DNA of 27,903 nt from an uncultured virus (IMG/VR IMGVR_UViG_3300011113_000755): IMG/VR virus record IMGVR_UViG_3300011113_000755, positions 1 through 27,903 of that record. One strand, written 5' to 3'. The position numbers and the translations under genes are program-made. Numbering within the stretch: the first letter of the stretch is position 1; each line of letters opens with the position of its first letter. Below, one piece after another: positions 1-8,160 of this stretch. The notes beneath the pieces were generated by a model, which was given only the letters and a program-made list of their open reading frames with translations, did no database searches and had not been told where the DNA came from.

Positions 1-17
1 TAGTCCCCTTCACTTCT

Positions 18-119
18 ATGACTGACAAAACCGCTTGGGAGGAATACTGCGAAGCCAGCCTTGACCTGAGCGATCAGGACGATGTTGGCGAACCCGTGGA
101 AGAACCTCCCACTGATTAG
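18..119 (+). CDS. Small acidic hypothetical protein (33 aa, MTDKTAWEEYCEASLD...)
   Basis: ATG at 18 and TAG at 117-119, translated by hand. Flanked on both sides by TAGTCCnCnTC. Confidence 0.5.
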   Translation: MTDKTAWEEYCEASLDLSDQDDVGEPVEEPPTD

Positions 120-136
120 TCCACGTCGTTAGTGGG
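108..136. other. Candidate recombinase target (att-like) site, 11-7-11 imperfect palindrome
   Basis: CCCACTGATTA-GTCCACG-TCGTTAGTGGG. The arms are 8/11 complementary and the site lies immediately upstream of the recombinase promoter. Confidence 0.4.
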
Positions 137-141
137 TTTAG

Positions 142-175
142 TTGACAAGAGGCGGGCGGCATAGTAGTGTGCCGC
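142..175 (+). promoter_or_regulatory. Sigma70-type promoter of the recombinase with an overlapping palindrome
   Basis: TTGACA (142-147), 17 bp, TAGTGT (165-170). An inverted repeat GCGGCAT/GTGCCGC (156-175) spans the -10. Confidence 0.55.
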
Positions 176-192
176 TCTCCTCAACCCATGTC

Positions 193-1047
193 ATGCCATC
201 CACTCTTGCTGAACTTTGGAGCGCCTTCGTTGAAGAGCGCTCCATTTCTTTGTGTCCCACAAGTCTTACTTCGGACTATAGGCAGGTGACCAAATGGCTA
301 GGGCGTTGTCCGATTCAAGATATTGATGAAGCACGAAAAATCATGATTTGGATTCTTGGCGAAAAACCTATACTTACATCTAGGCGTGTTGCAATGTATA
401 CAAAAACCATGTACAAATGGGCGGCACAAGAAGATGTTGCTTACATTACCAAGAACCCTTTGGCAAGTTTCAAAATGCCAAAAGCGCCGCAACGAGACGA
501 AGAAGTAATCGTAATTCCCCGCAACGAAGTTGGATTGGTACTGGCCGCTTTAGAGGCGAAGTTGACTTACAGGAATGTCAATTGGGCTTGGTATACAGAA
601 TTTATGCTTCAAACTGCAATGCGAACAGGAGAAGTGCGTGCTCTGCTGTGGGATGATATTAAAGAAAACAAAATTCTTGTTCATCAAAATTACACGTTGA
701 CGCATGGCTTGAAAAATAGTACTAAAACCAACAAACGGCGTTGGGTGCCATTGAATAAAAAATGTCAAGAAATTTTACAATTATTACCACAAGCTGATCG
801 TTTTATTTTTCCTTGGGATCGACTGGCATTCCAAAGTTACTTTCGTAAGAAACTTCAGCCACTTTATCGCGCCGAATTAATCACTCATTTATATCGGCCA
901 TACGATTGCCGCCACACTGCAATTAGCCGATGGATTGAAGCCGGCATTCCCGTGCCTCAAGTGGCAAATTGGGCCGGAAACACAAGTGAAATTATTTTCA
1001 AACATTATTGCAACAGCACGAAAGAATATGAAATGCCTGAGCTGTAG
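193..1047 (+). CDS. Tyrosine recombinase / phage integrase family protein
   Basis: Catalytic motifs MRTGE (R), TKT (K), PYDCRHT (HxxR variant), WAGN and KHY (Y), plus an N-terminal core-binding region. ATG 193 is preferred because the TTG at 142 is the -35 box. Confidence 0.9.
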   Translation: MPSTLAELWSAFVEERSISLCPTSLTSDYRQVTKWLGRCPIQDIDEARKIMIWILGEKPILTSRRVAMYTKTMYKWAAQEDVAYITKNPLASFKMPKAPQRDEEVIVIPRNEVGLVLAALEAKLTYRNVNWAWYTEFMLQTAMRTGEVRALLWDDIKENKILVHQNYTLTHGLKNSTKTNKRRWVPLNKKCQEILQLLPQADRFIFPWDRLAFQSYFRKKLQPLYRAELITHLYRPYDCRHTAISRWIEAGIPVPQVANWAGNTSEIIFKHYCNSTKEYEMPEL

Positions 1048-1113
1048 GCGGTTTACCGAAGATTCGCTTTTTTGAAACATGGATTAAACTAACTGAGAAC
1101 GTTTTGTTTGACC

Positions 1114-1437
1114 ATGGCCTCTCAAGCTACTGAATTTTCTTGGAATATTGCCAACATGGAGCGCACGCTTTCTGATGGCATTGTTTATACCATTCACTAC
1201 ACCATTGATGCCTTTGATGGCACGTATCGTTCCGGCGCCTATGGTTCTATTGGCCTGGAAGCGCCTGAGGAAGATGCTGCCATTCCCTATGGCGATCTAA
1301 CCAGCGAAATCGTAGTGGGCTGGCTACTCGACAAACTGGGCGAAGATAAAGTGGCGGAAGTGGAGGCCGCTCTGCAAGCCCAAATTGACGAGCAAAAAGC
1401 CCCCACGAAAGGCGCCGGCGTGCCTTGGGCTAGCTAA
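1114..1437 (+). CDS. Conserved tail-associated phage protein
   Basis: WNIANMER...DGIVYTIHY...GAYGSIGL...IPYGDLT...GVPW is a widespread small family found next to tail-fibre genes. Confidence 0.7.
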   Translation: MASQATEFSWNIANMERTLSDGIVYTIHYTIDAFDGTYRSGAYGSIGLEAPEEDAAIPYGDLTSEIVVGWLLDKLGEDKVAEVEAALQAQIDEQKAPTKGAGVPWAS

Positions 1438-1460
1438 GATTTTACTTTCGCCGTCCTCCA

Positions 1461-1598
1461 TTGGCAGTAAAAAGCAAAATTGGCGCCGCGTCGTCAAAGC
1501 GCATCATCCTTCGCAAGCCTAAAAAAACCAGGCAAGGCCAAGGGAAAAATAGTAAAGCTTCTCATGGGCGTAAATTAATGCGCGGTCAAGGAAGTTAA
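1461..1598 (+). CDS. Small basic protein (45 aa, ...KPKKTRQGQGKNSK...RGQGS)
   Basis: TTG start, TAA at 1596-1598, followed directly by a terminator. The K/R-rich PKKTRQG...RGQG motif resembles small cyanophage basic proteins. Confidence 0.65.
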   Translation: MAVKSKIGAASSKRIILRKPKKTRQGQGKNSKASHGRKLMRGQGS

Positions 1599-1600
1599 AC

Positions 1601-1622
1601 AAGGGCCTTCGGGCCCTTTTTT
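1601..1622 (+). terminator. Rho-independent terminator
   Basis: AAGGGCC-TTCG-GGCCCTT followed by a T-tract. Confidence 0.8.
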
Positions 1623-1673
1623 CTTGAATAAAACAATGCAAGGCTATAATAAAAACAAACAGAAGGAAGGGAA

Positions 1674-2015
1674 ATGTATTATCCCGCCACTTACAACATA
1701 GTGGTGCTGCAGAATTCCACTTATCGGATGCAAATCACTGCAACGCAAAGCGGCGGCACTCCCATTAATCTTACGGGATATACGATTGATAGTGATATTT
1801 GTGGGGCAATTGATGGACAAATTGTGGCAAGTTTTGTCCCGGCAATTACCAATGCGGCCAGTGGTGTTTTCCAGCTCACGCTGCCACCTACTGTTTCTAG
1901 CGGATTAGAAGTGGGACTTTATAACTATGACGTAAGTGCAACGCAAGCTGGAGGAGATCGTTACTATTGGTTAAAGGGCACTTGCACGGTGTCAGGCACT
2001 TGCTCTAGGAACTAA
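1674..2015 (+). CDS. Tail/fibre adaptor-like structural protein (paralog of 3949-4287)
   Basis: PATYNI...PINLTGYT...GVFQLTL...YNYDV...YYWLKG beta-rich motif pattern, in the tail module. Confidence 0.7.
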   Translation: MYYPATYNIVVLQNSTYRMQITATQSGGTPINLTGYTIDSDICGAIDGQIVASFVPAITNAASGVFQLTLPPTVSSGLEVGLYNYDVSATQAGGDRYYWLKGTCTVSGTCSRN

Positions 2016-2017
2016 TC

Positions 2018-2698
2018 ATGCCGGATATTATTCTCACTGTTGTTAGTGGAGAGCCCGTAGATATTGGGCTTTCCATTCCTGGCGTGCAAGGTCCAATGGG
2101 GCAGAGTACTCTGCCCTCTGGGGGTACGGTTGGTCAAATTATTACCAAGGCTAGTTCTACAAATTATGACGCATCGTGGACTTCCACGGCTTCTGGGCTA
2201 ACGCTTCGTAATTCCACCATTTCTGGCACCACTGTTTTAGGCAATATTTCTGGCGGCACTTATTTGGCTCCAACCATTACTGGCGCCACTGTTAATGGAC
2301 CAACAATTAATGGGGGATCGGCTAATGGCACAGCCCTTTCCAATGCCATTGTAGATGGCTGCACCATTGACAATTCGACGTTTGAAGACGGCACTATTTT
2401 TAATATTACGCTTTCCGGGACAGTCACTAATACTGCCACTGTTACAAGTGGTATTTACAACAATGCAAGGCTTTCTTCTCCAATTGTTATTTCTCCAACT
2501 ATCTCCGGAAATATCACCGCATCTGGAGGAGTCACTGTTTTTGCAAGTGGGGCGTCGATAGGCTTTTTTGGCGCTTCTCCAGTGGTTTGCCCTTCTGGCA
2601 TTTCCATTCCAAGCGGAGGCTCTTCTACTGCAGAAGTGCTTACTTCTTTAAGCGGCGTTATCGTCGCGCTTCGTAATCTTGGCCTTATTCGTGGATAA
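2018..2698 (+). CDS. Tail fibre-like protein, Gly/Ser/Thr-rich
   Basis: Short collagen-like PGVQGP followed by PSGGTVGQIITKASSTNYDASW, and repetitive (P/S)TI(S/T)G beta-helix-like units. Confidence 0.7.
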   Translation: MPDIILTVVSGEPVDIGLSIPGVQGPMGQSTLPSGGTVGQIITKASSTNYDASWTSTASGLTLRNSTISGTTVLGNISGGTYLAPTITGATVNGPTINGGSANGTALSNAIVDGCTIDNSTFEDGTIFNITLSGTVTNTATVTSGIYNNARLSSPIVISPTISGNITASGGVTVFASGASIGFFGASPVVCPSGISIPSGGSSTAEVLTSLSGVIVALRNLGLIRG

Positions 2699-2700
2699 TT

Positions 2701-3924
2701 ATGGGACAAATCATTGCTGGCAACGAACAATTTGAAACTCATATTGAGGCAGATTATCGCGGGCAAATTTTAAAAACTGGTCCAGACAGTGGTGCTGTAG
2801 ATGCATTTGGGCGCACTCGGACAAGTGCTCCATTTACGCTTTTTGATAGTACCATGCGCTACGACAAGCGTAGTGATCAATGGTTTGATAGCACAACTGG
2901 TGGGGGAGTTGTTTCTTATTTGGCCAATCAAAGCAGTGTTGCCTTGACTACTACCACTGCTTCTGGCGATACTGTTCTGCGTAGAACTAGGCAAAATTTC
3001 CCCTATCAACCAGGGAAAAGCATGATGGTGCTGCAAAGTTTTGTGGGCACTGCGCCAACTGCTGATCTCATCCAAGAAGTGGGGCTTTTTAATGATAACA
3101 ATGGCATCATGGTGCGTGCCAGTGGCACCACTTTGCAATTTGTCATTCGCAGTAAAGCTTCGGGCAGTATTGTAGAAAGCGTAGTTAACCAATCATCGTG
3201 GAATATTAATACGCTTGATGATTTAAATTTTGCTAAAGCTCAAATTTTAGCTATTGATTTGGAATGGCTTGGCGCCGGAAGGGTGAGAGCTGGTTTCGTT
3301 GTTGATGGAGAAATTATTTATTGCCATGAGTTTGATCATTACAACGTTTTAGACAGCGTTTATATGACCACGGCTATTCTGCCGTTGTCCTATCGCATTC
3401 ATAATGCTTCCACCCAAGCATCGGGACGCACGTTAAAACATATTTGTTGCAGCATTTTAAGCGAAGGCGGTTATGAGCCCGATGGTGCCATTTATTCAGT
3501 AAATCATGATCTAGCAAGCGTGCCCAACACATCTGGCGAGCGCCTTACTGCTGGTATTCGCATGGCAAGTGGTCGTACTGGCAATGTAATTTTGCCAGTG
3601 AGAATTTCCACTACAACTAACTCTTCTGATTTAGTGCTGTGGAGATTACGTCTCAATCCAACATTAAGTGGAGTGACGTGGAGCGCTGCTCAAAATGGAC
3701 GCGGTAATGTAGAGGTGACTACTAGCGGCGCGTTTTCTGGCGGCACCATCATTGACTCCGGGTTTGTTTCGCAAGGCAGTGCTAACAATTATGCAGTAGC
3801 AGAGGCTGTTAGGCTTGCTTTAGGACAAAACGCTGCTGGCGAAAGCGACACTCTTGTATTAACTGTAGACAGCCCTACCAATGCAAAAGCATTAGGAATG
3901 ATCGGCTGGGTGGAAATTGCTTGA
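2701..3924 (+). CDS. Virion structural protein (lectin/beta-sandwich-like, DAFGR motif family)
   Basis: DAFGRTRTS...YQPGKS...DLEWLGAGRVR motifs typical of a cyanophage structural family, in the tail operon. Confidence 0.65.
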   Translation: MGQIIAGNEQFETHIEADYRGQILKTGPDSGAVDAFGRTRTSAPFTLFDSTMRYDKRSDQWFDSTTGGGVVSYLANQSSVALTTTTASGDTVLRRTRQNFPYQPGKSMMVLQSFVGTAPTADLIQEVGLFNDNNGIMVRASGTTLQFVIRSKASGSIVESVVNQSSWNINTLDDLNFAKAQILAIDLEWLGAGRVRAGFVVDGEIIYCHEFDHYNVLDSVYMTTAILPLSYRIHNASTQASGRTLKHICCSILSEGGYEPDGAIYSVNHDLASVPNTSGERLTAGIRMASGRTGNVILPVRISTTTNSSDLVLWRLRLNPTLSGVTWSAAQNGRGNVEVTTSGAFSGGTIIDSGFVSQGSANNYAVAEAVRLALGQNAAGESDTLVLTVDSPTNAKALGMIGWVEIA

Positions 3925-3948
3925 TTACAATGAAAGAAAAGGCTCATC

Positions 3949-4287
3949 ATGATTACGCCAGGTAAGCACGACATCACTATTTACCAAGGCGCCACATTTG
4001 AGCTGCAGGTGCAATATAAAGACAGTACTGGTGTACCAGTAAACATGAGCGGATATACTATTGCCAGTAAACTTTACAATCGTTTAGGCACTGCAAAACT
4101 TCGTGATTTTACTGCTTCGTATGTAAATCAAGCTAGTGGCATTTTTAAAATTCGCTTAGAAGCTTCTGGTACAAGCGGGCTAACTGAGCAGGGGCAATAT
4201 GATATTTTGGTGACTGAGCCGAGCAATGATGTGTATTATTTAGTTGAAGGTAATGCATATGTTAATCGAGGACTTAGCTTCCAATGA
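3949..4287 (+). CDS. Tail/fibre adaptor-like structural protein (paralog of 1674-2015)
   Basis: PGKHDITIYQGATF...PVNMSGYT...GIFKIRL...QYDILV...YYLVEG. Confidence 0.7.
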   Translation: MITPGKHDITIYQGATFELQVQYKDSTGVPVNMSGYTIASKLYNRLGTAKLRDFTASYVNQASGIFKIRLEASGTSGLTEQGQYDILVTEPSNDVYYLVEGNAYVNRGLSFQ

Positions 4288-4694
4288 CAGTAATTGTTCA
4301 AGAATCTACTACCATTCTTGATCTTACCCAACAAGCTTCTCCTTCCATTGTTATTAATGAAGAGGAGAATAGTATTGTTGTTTCCGCAAGCTCTAGTCCT
4401 TCAGTTATTGTTGAACAAGCCACGGAAGTGGTGCTTGAATATTTTGGCAATGGCCCCCAAGGTGTACCAGGGCCCGGCATCATCCCTAGTGGCACTACTG
4501 GGCAAGTATTAGCCAAGACAAGCAATACTAATTATGACACGCAATGGAAAACGCTAAGTTTAAGCGACTTGTCTGATATTAATATTGCAAGCAAAGTGAA
4601 TGGTAGCGTTCTTGTTTATGATGGAGGAAGCCAAAGGTTTGTGGCTAATTCTTCTTTCACTTCCAACACATTGACGGACGGGGGTAATTTCTAG
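4284..4694 (+). CDS. Short tail fibre-associated protein
   Basis: GPQGVPGPG followed by PSGTTGQVLAKTSNTNYDTQW and LSDLSDI...GSVLVYD, ending DGGNF. ATGA overlap with the upstream gene. Confidence 0.7.
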   Translation: MTVIVQESTTILDLTQQASPSIVINEEENSIVVSASSSPSVIVEQATEVVLEYFGNGPQGVPGPGIIPSGTTGQVLAKTSNTNYDTQWKTLSLSDLSDINIASKVNGSVLVYDGGSQRFVANSSFTSNTLTDGGNF

Positions 4695-5668
4695 TGAGTA
4701 ATGTCATTCGCATTAAGCGTCGGGCTGCTGGTGGCAGTGCAGGTGCTCCGTCAAGCCTGGCTAATGCCGAGCTGGCTTATAACGAAAGCGATGCCGGAAA
4801 TGGCATTCTTTATTACGGCTATGGCACTGGAGGAGCTGGCGGCACTGCCACGCAAGTAGTGGCCATTGGCGGAGACGGTGCGTTTGTCAATTTAACTGGC
4901 AATCAAACAATTAGTGGTAATAAAACATTTACGGGCACGGTTAGCCTTACGACTGTTAGCGGCTTGACTACTACTGGGGATGTTGTTGTTGGTGGAAATC
5001 TTACCGTTAATGGCACCACTACCACTGTTAATAGCACCACTGTTACTGTTGACGATAAGAATATTGAACTTGGCAGCATCACAAGTCCCAGTGATGCCAC
5101 GGCTGATGGTGGCGGCATCACGCTAAAAGGCACCACTGATAAAACATTTAACTGGGTGGATGCGTCTGATTCATGGACGAGCAGCGAACACCTTGATTTA
5201 GCAAGCGGCAAATCTTATCGCATTAATAATACAGTTGTACTATCTAGCACTGCCCTGGGGGCCGGTGTCGTCTCTTCCAGCCTTACTTCTGTTGGCACGA
5301 TTAGCGGAGGTACTTGGCAGGGTACGGCTATTGGCACTGCTTATGGCGGCACTGGCGCCGCCACTGCGTCTGGCGCTCGTACCAATCTTGGTCTCGCCAT
5401 TGGCACAGATGTGCAAGCTTATAGCGATGTGTTGGCAGATTTTGCGGGGCTTACGCAAGCTGCTAATAAACTTCCATATTTTAATAGTTCTACGACTGCC
5501 ACTACCACTGATTTATCTTCTTTTGGACGTTCTTTGATTGATGATGCAGATGCATCGACGGCTCGTACCACATTGGCGTTGGGAACAATGGCTGTTCAGG
5601 ATGCCAGTAATGTGGCGATTACTGGCGGCACAATTAGTGGCGTGACTATCGACGGCGGATCATATTGA
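4694..5668 (+). CDS. Tail fibre protein
   Basis: N-terminal IRIKR...APSSLANAELAYNE; NLTVNGTTTTVNSTTVTVDDKNIELG...ADGGGITLKG; GGTGA...ARTNLGL; C-terminal IDGGSY. Confidence 0.8.
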   Translation: MSNVIRIKRRAAGGSAGAPSSLANAELAYNESDAGNGILYYGYGTGGAGGTATQVVAIGGDGAFVNLTGNQTISGNKTFTGTVSLTTVSGLTTTGDVVVGGNLTVNGTTTTVNSTTVTVDDKNIELGSITSPSDATADGGGITLKGTTDKTFNWVDASDSWTSSEHLDLASGKSYRINNTVVLSSTALGAGVVSSSLTSVGTISGGTWQGTAIGTAYGGTGAATASGARTNLGLAIGTDVQAYSDVLADFAGLTQAANKLPYFNSSTTATTTDLSSFGRSLIDDADASTARTTLALGTMAVQDASNVAITGGTISGVTIDGGSY

Positions 5669-5677
5669 AGCTAAGCT

Positions 5678-5699
5678 AAGGCCGCATTAGCGGCCTTTT
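5678..5699 (+). terminator. Rho-independent terminator
   Basis: AAGGCCGC-ATTA-GCGGCCTT-TT after the tail fibre stop. Confidence 0.65.
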
Positions 5700-5700
5700 C

Positions 5701-5880
5701 ATGGAAGATCTATGGTACAAGCAGCAAGTGGAAGCTTTAAGTGAAGCTTTGCACGAATTAAGCTGCGATAGCCCCGAGCAAGTTAGACAAGGGCTTCGTG
5801 ACGCCATCGCATCATGGACTGATCATCACGAAAAAGAACTCGTCAAATGGAAGGCCCTGAAGCAGCTTCTAAGCCTTTGA
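5701..5880 (+). CDS. Hypothetical helical protein (59 aa, MEDLWYKQQVEAL...)
   Basis: ATG 5701 to TGA 5878-5880, translated by hand. It fills the gap after the terminator. Confidence 0.55.
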   Translation: MEDLWYKQQVEALSEALHELSCDSPEQVRQGLRDAIASWTDHHEKELVKWKALKQLLSL

Positions 5881-6262
5881 GCGTGTAAGTAATGCGAAGC
5901 TCTCCTCCGAGGGCTTTCACGGCGTCGCTGGCATCGTCTGGCGGCGCCTGTTCAATCATGACGGAAGGAACAATGGCATCAGGCAGGGGAGTAATTTTGG
6001 CAGCAGGAAAAAGCTTTTGAGCTTCGCTTGCCAATGCATTGGCCTTTGTTTCTCTTTCTTCTTTTTCCCATTGTTTGACGAGCATTGCAGCTTGCTCGTC
6101 CACTTTCTCCATAACAATTTTGGTTTTCCATTCTGCCCAGTCTGGCCGGCAATAGGCCATGAGCATTTTGAACCATGGTTTAAAAGCAAGAGAGGGCCAC
6201 TTGGTAGTGGCCCATAATCCTGCTTCGTAGCACAAAGCATTTGCCCAGGATTGCCGGCTCAT
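5843..6262 (-). CDS. Hypothetical protein in the lysis cassette
   Basis: ORF translationally coupled (ATGA) to the endolysin stop. Confidence 0.65.
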   Translation of the reverse strand: MSRQSWANALCYEAGLWATTKWPSLAFKPWFKMLMAYCRPDWAEWKTKIVMEKVDEQAAMLVKQWEKEERETKANALASEAQKLFPAAKITPLPDAIVPSVMIEQAPPDDASDAVKALGGELRITYTLKGLEAASGPSI

Positions 6263-7203
6263 CCTTCTTGATAGACGCTCACGAAAACAGTTCCAGATTT
6301 TGTTAATGGTAAAAGCCGATCTTTGAGGTCGGAATTATGACAACGAACGCAGCCATGCGTGGGGAATAAGGGTTGTTTGGGCGCCCATGCGCCAGGCCAT
6401 CCACATGCGCTACCGCCACCATGGATCATGATTCCAGCACGGCCATATTTATTTTCCTGATTTTCTAACTCCACCATGTCGAAGCTATACCATCCATAGG
6501 ACATAAGCGTGCGATCATAAGCCGGTTTATCGCCATATTTTTCATAGTCCTTGTAAACAGTGCCAAGTTTATAAAGACCAGGAGGAGTGTCTGAATTTGT
6601 AAGTTTAAATTCAAAATCACTATATTGTCCGCGAGCAAGACAGGGGATTTCCCAGAGAAGCTTTCCTTCATAGGAGAAAGCTTTCATGGTTTCGCTGATG
6701 TCGTTGACGATTAAATGACAATCGCCTTGTTTAAAACCAAAGTCTTGCGGGCGTTTCTTGGGGCCAATCATGATAATTTTGGAAGATTCAGGGGCATATT
6801 CCTTCATCAAGCGAGAAAGCTTGGTGGGATATTCCGGGTCGGTGGCGTAACGTTGCTCATAAAGAGCACGGGCAGCCGCATAACGATTAGGCGAATTATT
6901 GATGCCCTTGAAATGACGATAGTCTTTATACCATCGCGTAACAAGGTAATCCAGGCAAGCTTCAATGGAAGGAAAATCAATGAAGCCTGCCGTAATGGTC
7001 ACCCATTGACCGTCATACCACTCTTGCGTGGTTGTGGCAGTGCCAGGGCCTTTAAGGCCTAAATAATTATTCTTGCCAGAAGTGTGCTTACCAAAGCCAC
7101 TTTCTAGGCAACATTGAGCTGCCACGAGTTCGGGATAGCGCGAACCAAGCCGTTTGGCAATGGCAAAGCACCTATCCCAGAAAGCCTTGTTTTCGGCTTC
7201 CAT
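6259..7203 (-). CDS. Endolysin: N-terminal glucosaminidase (GH73-like) plus C-terminal L,D-transpeptidase (YkuD-like) domain
   Basis: AAQCCLESGFG...NNYLGLKG...YATDPEY (GH73); TPPGLY...IMIHGGG...THGCVR (YkuD HxxxC signature). Confidence 0.85.
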   Translation of the reverse strand: MEAENKAFWDRCFAIAKRLGSRYPELVAAQCCLESGFGKHTSGKNNYLGLKGPGTATTTQEWYDGQWVTITAGFIDFPSIEACLDYLVTRWYKDYRHFKGINNSPNRYAAARALYEQRYATDPEYPTKLSRLMKEYAPESSKIIMIGPKKRPQDFGFKQGDCHLIVNDISETMKAFSYEGKLLWEIPCLARGQYSDFEFKLTNSDTPPGLYKLGTVYKDYEKYGDKPAYDRTLMSYGWYSFDMVELENQENKYGRAGIMIHGGGSACGWPGAWAPKQPLFPTHGCVRCHNSDLKDRLLPLTKSGTVFVSVYQEG

Positions 7204-7209
7204 TGTGGT

Positions 7210-7353
7210 CTATTTCCCCACGCGGAAAATTGTCTTCAAGCCTTCCATAAGAAGTTGAAGAAGGTTGTTGCTTTTAAGAGGAGAGTGATCAAGAATTTGA
7301 TCAGCAGCGGCAATCAAAATGCCGCCAATCACGAACCATTCGGCGCCAGACAT
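7210..7353 (-). CDS. Small membrane protein, putative holin (47 aa)
   Basis: MSGAEWFVIGGILIAAADQILDHSPLKSNNLLQLLMEGLKTIFRVGK has a hydrophobic N-terminus and lies directly upstream of the endolysin. Confidence 0.55.
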   Translation of the reverse strand: MSGAEWFVIGGILIAAADQILDHSPLKSNNLLQLLMEGLKTIFRVGK

Positions 7354-7384
7354 GGTAGTAACAATGAAGGGCTATATTTATAGC

Positions 7385-7594
7385 CTAGCGACGAATTTCA
7401 AGAGAACGCACACGCGATTCCAAAGCCGTAATGCTTTCGGTGAGCGTGTCAAGTTTTTCAGTGATGCTTTCAATTTGTGTGGCAACTTTTACTTGTTGAT
7501 TACCAACTGTAATCAGCATTGCTCCAGTCGAGAGCAACATGCCAGCGGTCATTGTGACCACAAAATTTGCCAAACCTTCTTGAAAGCTCTTCAT
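7385..7594 (-). CDS. Membrane-anchored coiled-coil protein (lysis-associated?)
   Basis: One hydrophobic segment followed by a heptad coiled-coil tail. Confidence 0.6.
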   Translation of the reverse strand: MKSFQEGLANFVVTMTAGMLLSTGAMLITVGNQQVKVATQIESITEKLDTLTESITALESRVRSLEIRR

Positions 7595-7680
7595 TGGAGG
7601 GCGCTCATTTCCTAATTATAAACACTCTCCGAAGTTTATTTTTTGGCGATAGATTAGGAGCAAGAAAATTAAATAATGCC

Positions 7681-8160
7681 ATGCTTAGAGCGAATGGTCC
7701 CGATGAGCTTTTGCATTCCCTCATTGAACTTCGCCCTGGAGATGCCCGCCGACGTTTTAGAAAAAGTATTTTTGAAGACTATCCGTTAAAGGGGCCATTG
7801 GGTCATTGTGCTTGTGCTTATTGCGGCAAATGGAACGAGAAACTGACCATTGACCATATTGTTCCCAAGAGCAAAGGCGGTCCACATTTTGCAAAATATA
7901 ATTTAGTGCCATCATGCAAGAGTTGTAATTTAGACAAGGGAGCAGAAAAGATTTTTGAATGGTGGCGTCCACAGGAATTTTGGACTGCCAAGCGAGAGGA
8001 GCTGTTGACTATGTGGGTGTACCAAAATAGCTTTGTGAGTGCTCACACTTCGCTTCAGGATGTGGAGGCATATGCTGAGCAGCGCGGACTTTATATTCCT
8101 TCGCAAGAAAAAGCCCCCATTATTGGGGGCTTTGTTTTAGCGGAAAGTTTTGCTGCTTAA
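7681..8160 (+). CDS. HNH endonuclease
   Basis: CAYCG...LTIDHIVPKSKGG...NLVPSCKSCNLDKG. ATG 7681 is preferred as start. Confidence 0.9.
   Translation: MLRANGPDELLHSLIELRPGDARRRFRKSIFEDYPLKGPLGHCACAYCGKWNEKLTIDHIVPKSKGGPHFAKYNLVPSCKSCNLDKGAEKIFEWWRPQEFWTAKREELLTMWVYQNSFVSAHTSLQDVEAYAEQRGLYIPSQEKAPIIGGFVLAESFAA
8110..8133. terminator. Bidirectional terminator between convergent units
   Basis: AAAGCCCCCA-TTAT-TGGGGGCTTT with A and T flanks, inside the HNH 3' end. Confidence 0.65.

Noticed and set aside
142-192. TTG start extension of the recombinase, and similar long N-terminal extensions in the ORF track (7567, 23491, 25835, 26127)
   Set aside because: The extensions run through promoter elements or upstream genes; internal ATGs fit better.
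1674-5668. Diversity-generating retroelement or invertible tail segment
   Set aside because: No reverse transcriptase, no near-identical TR/VR pair and no flanking inverted repeats are seen. The duplication is visible only at protein level.
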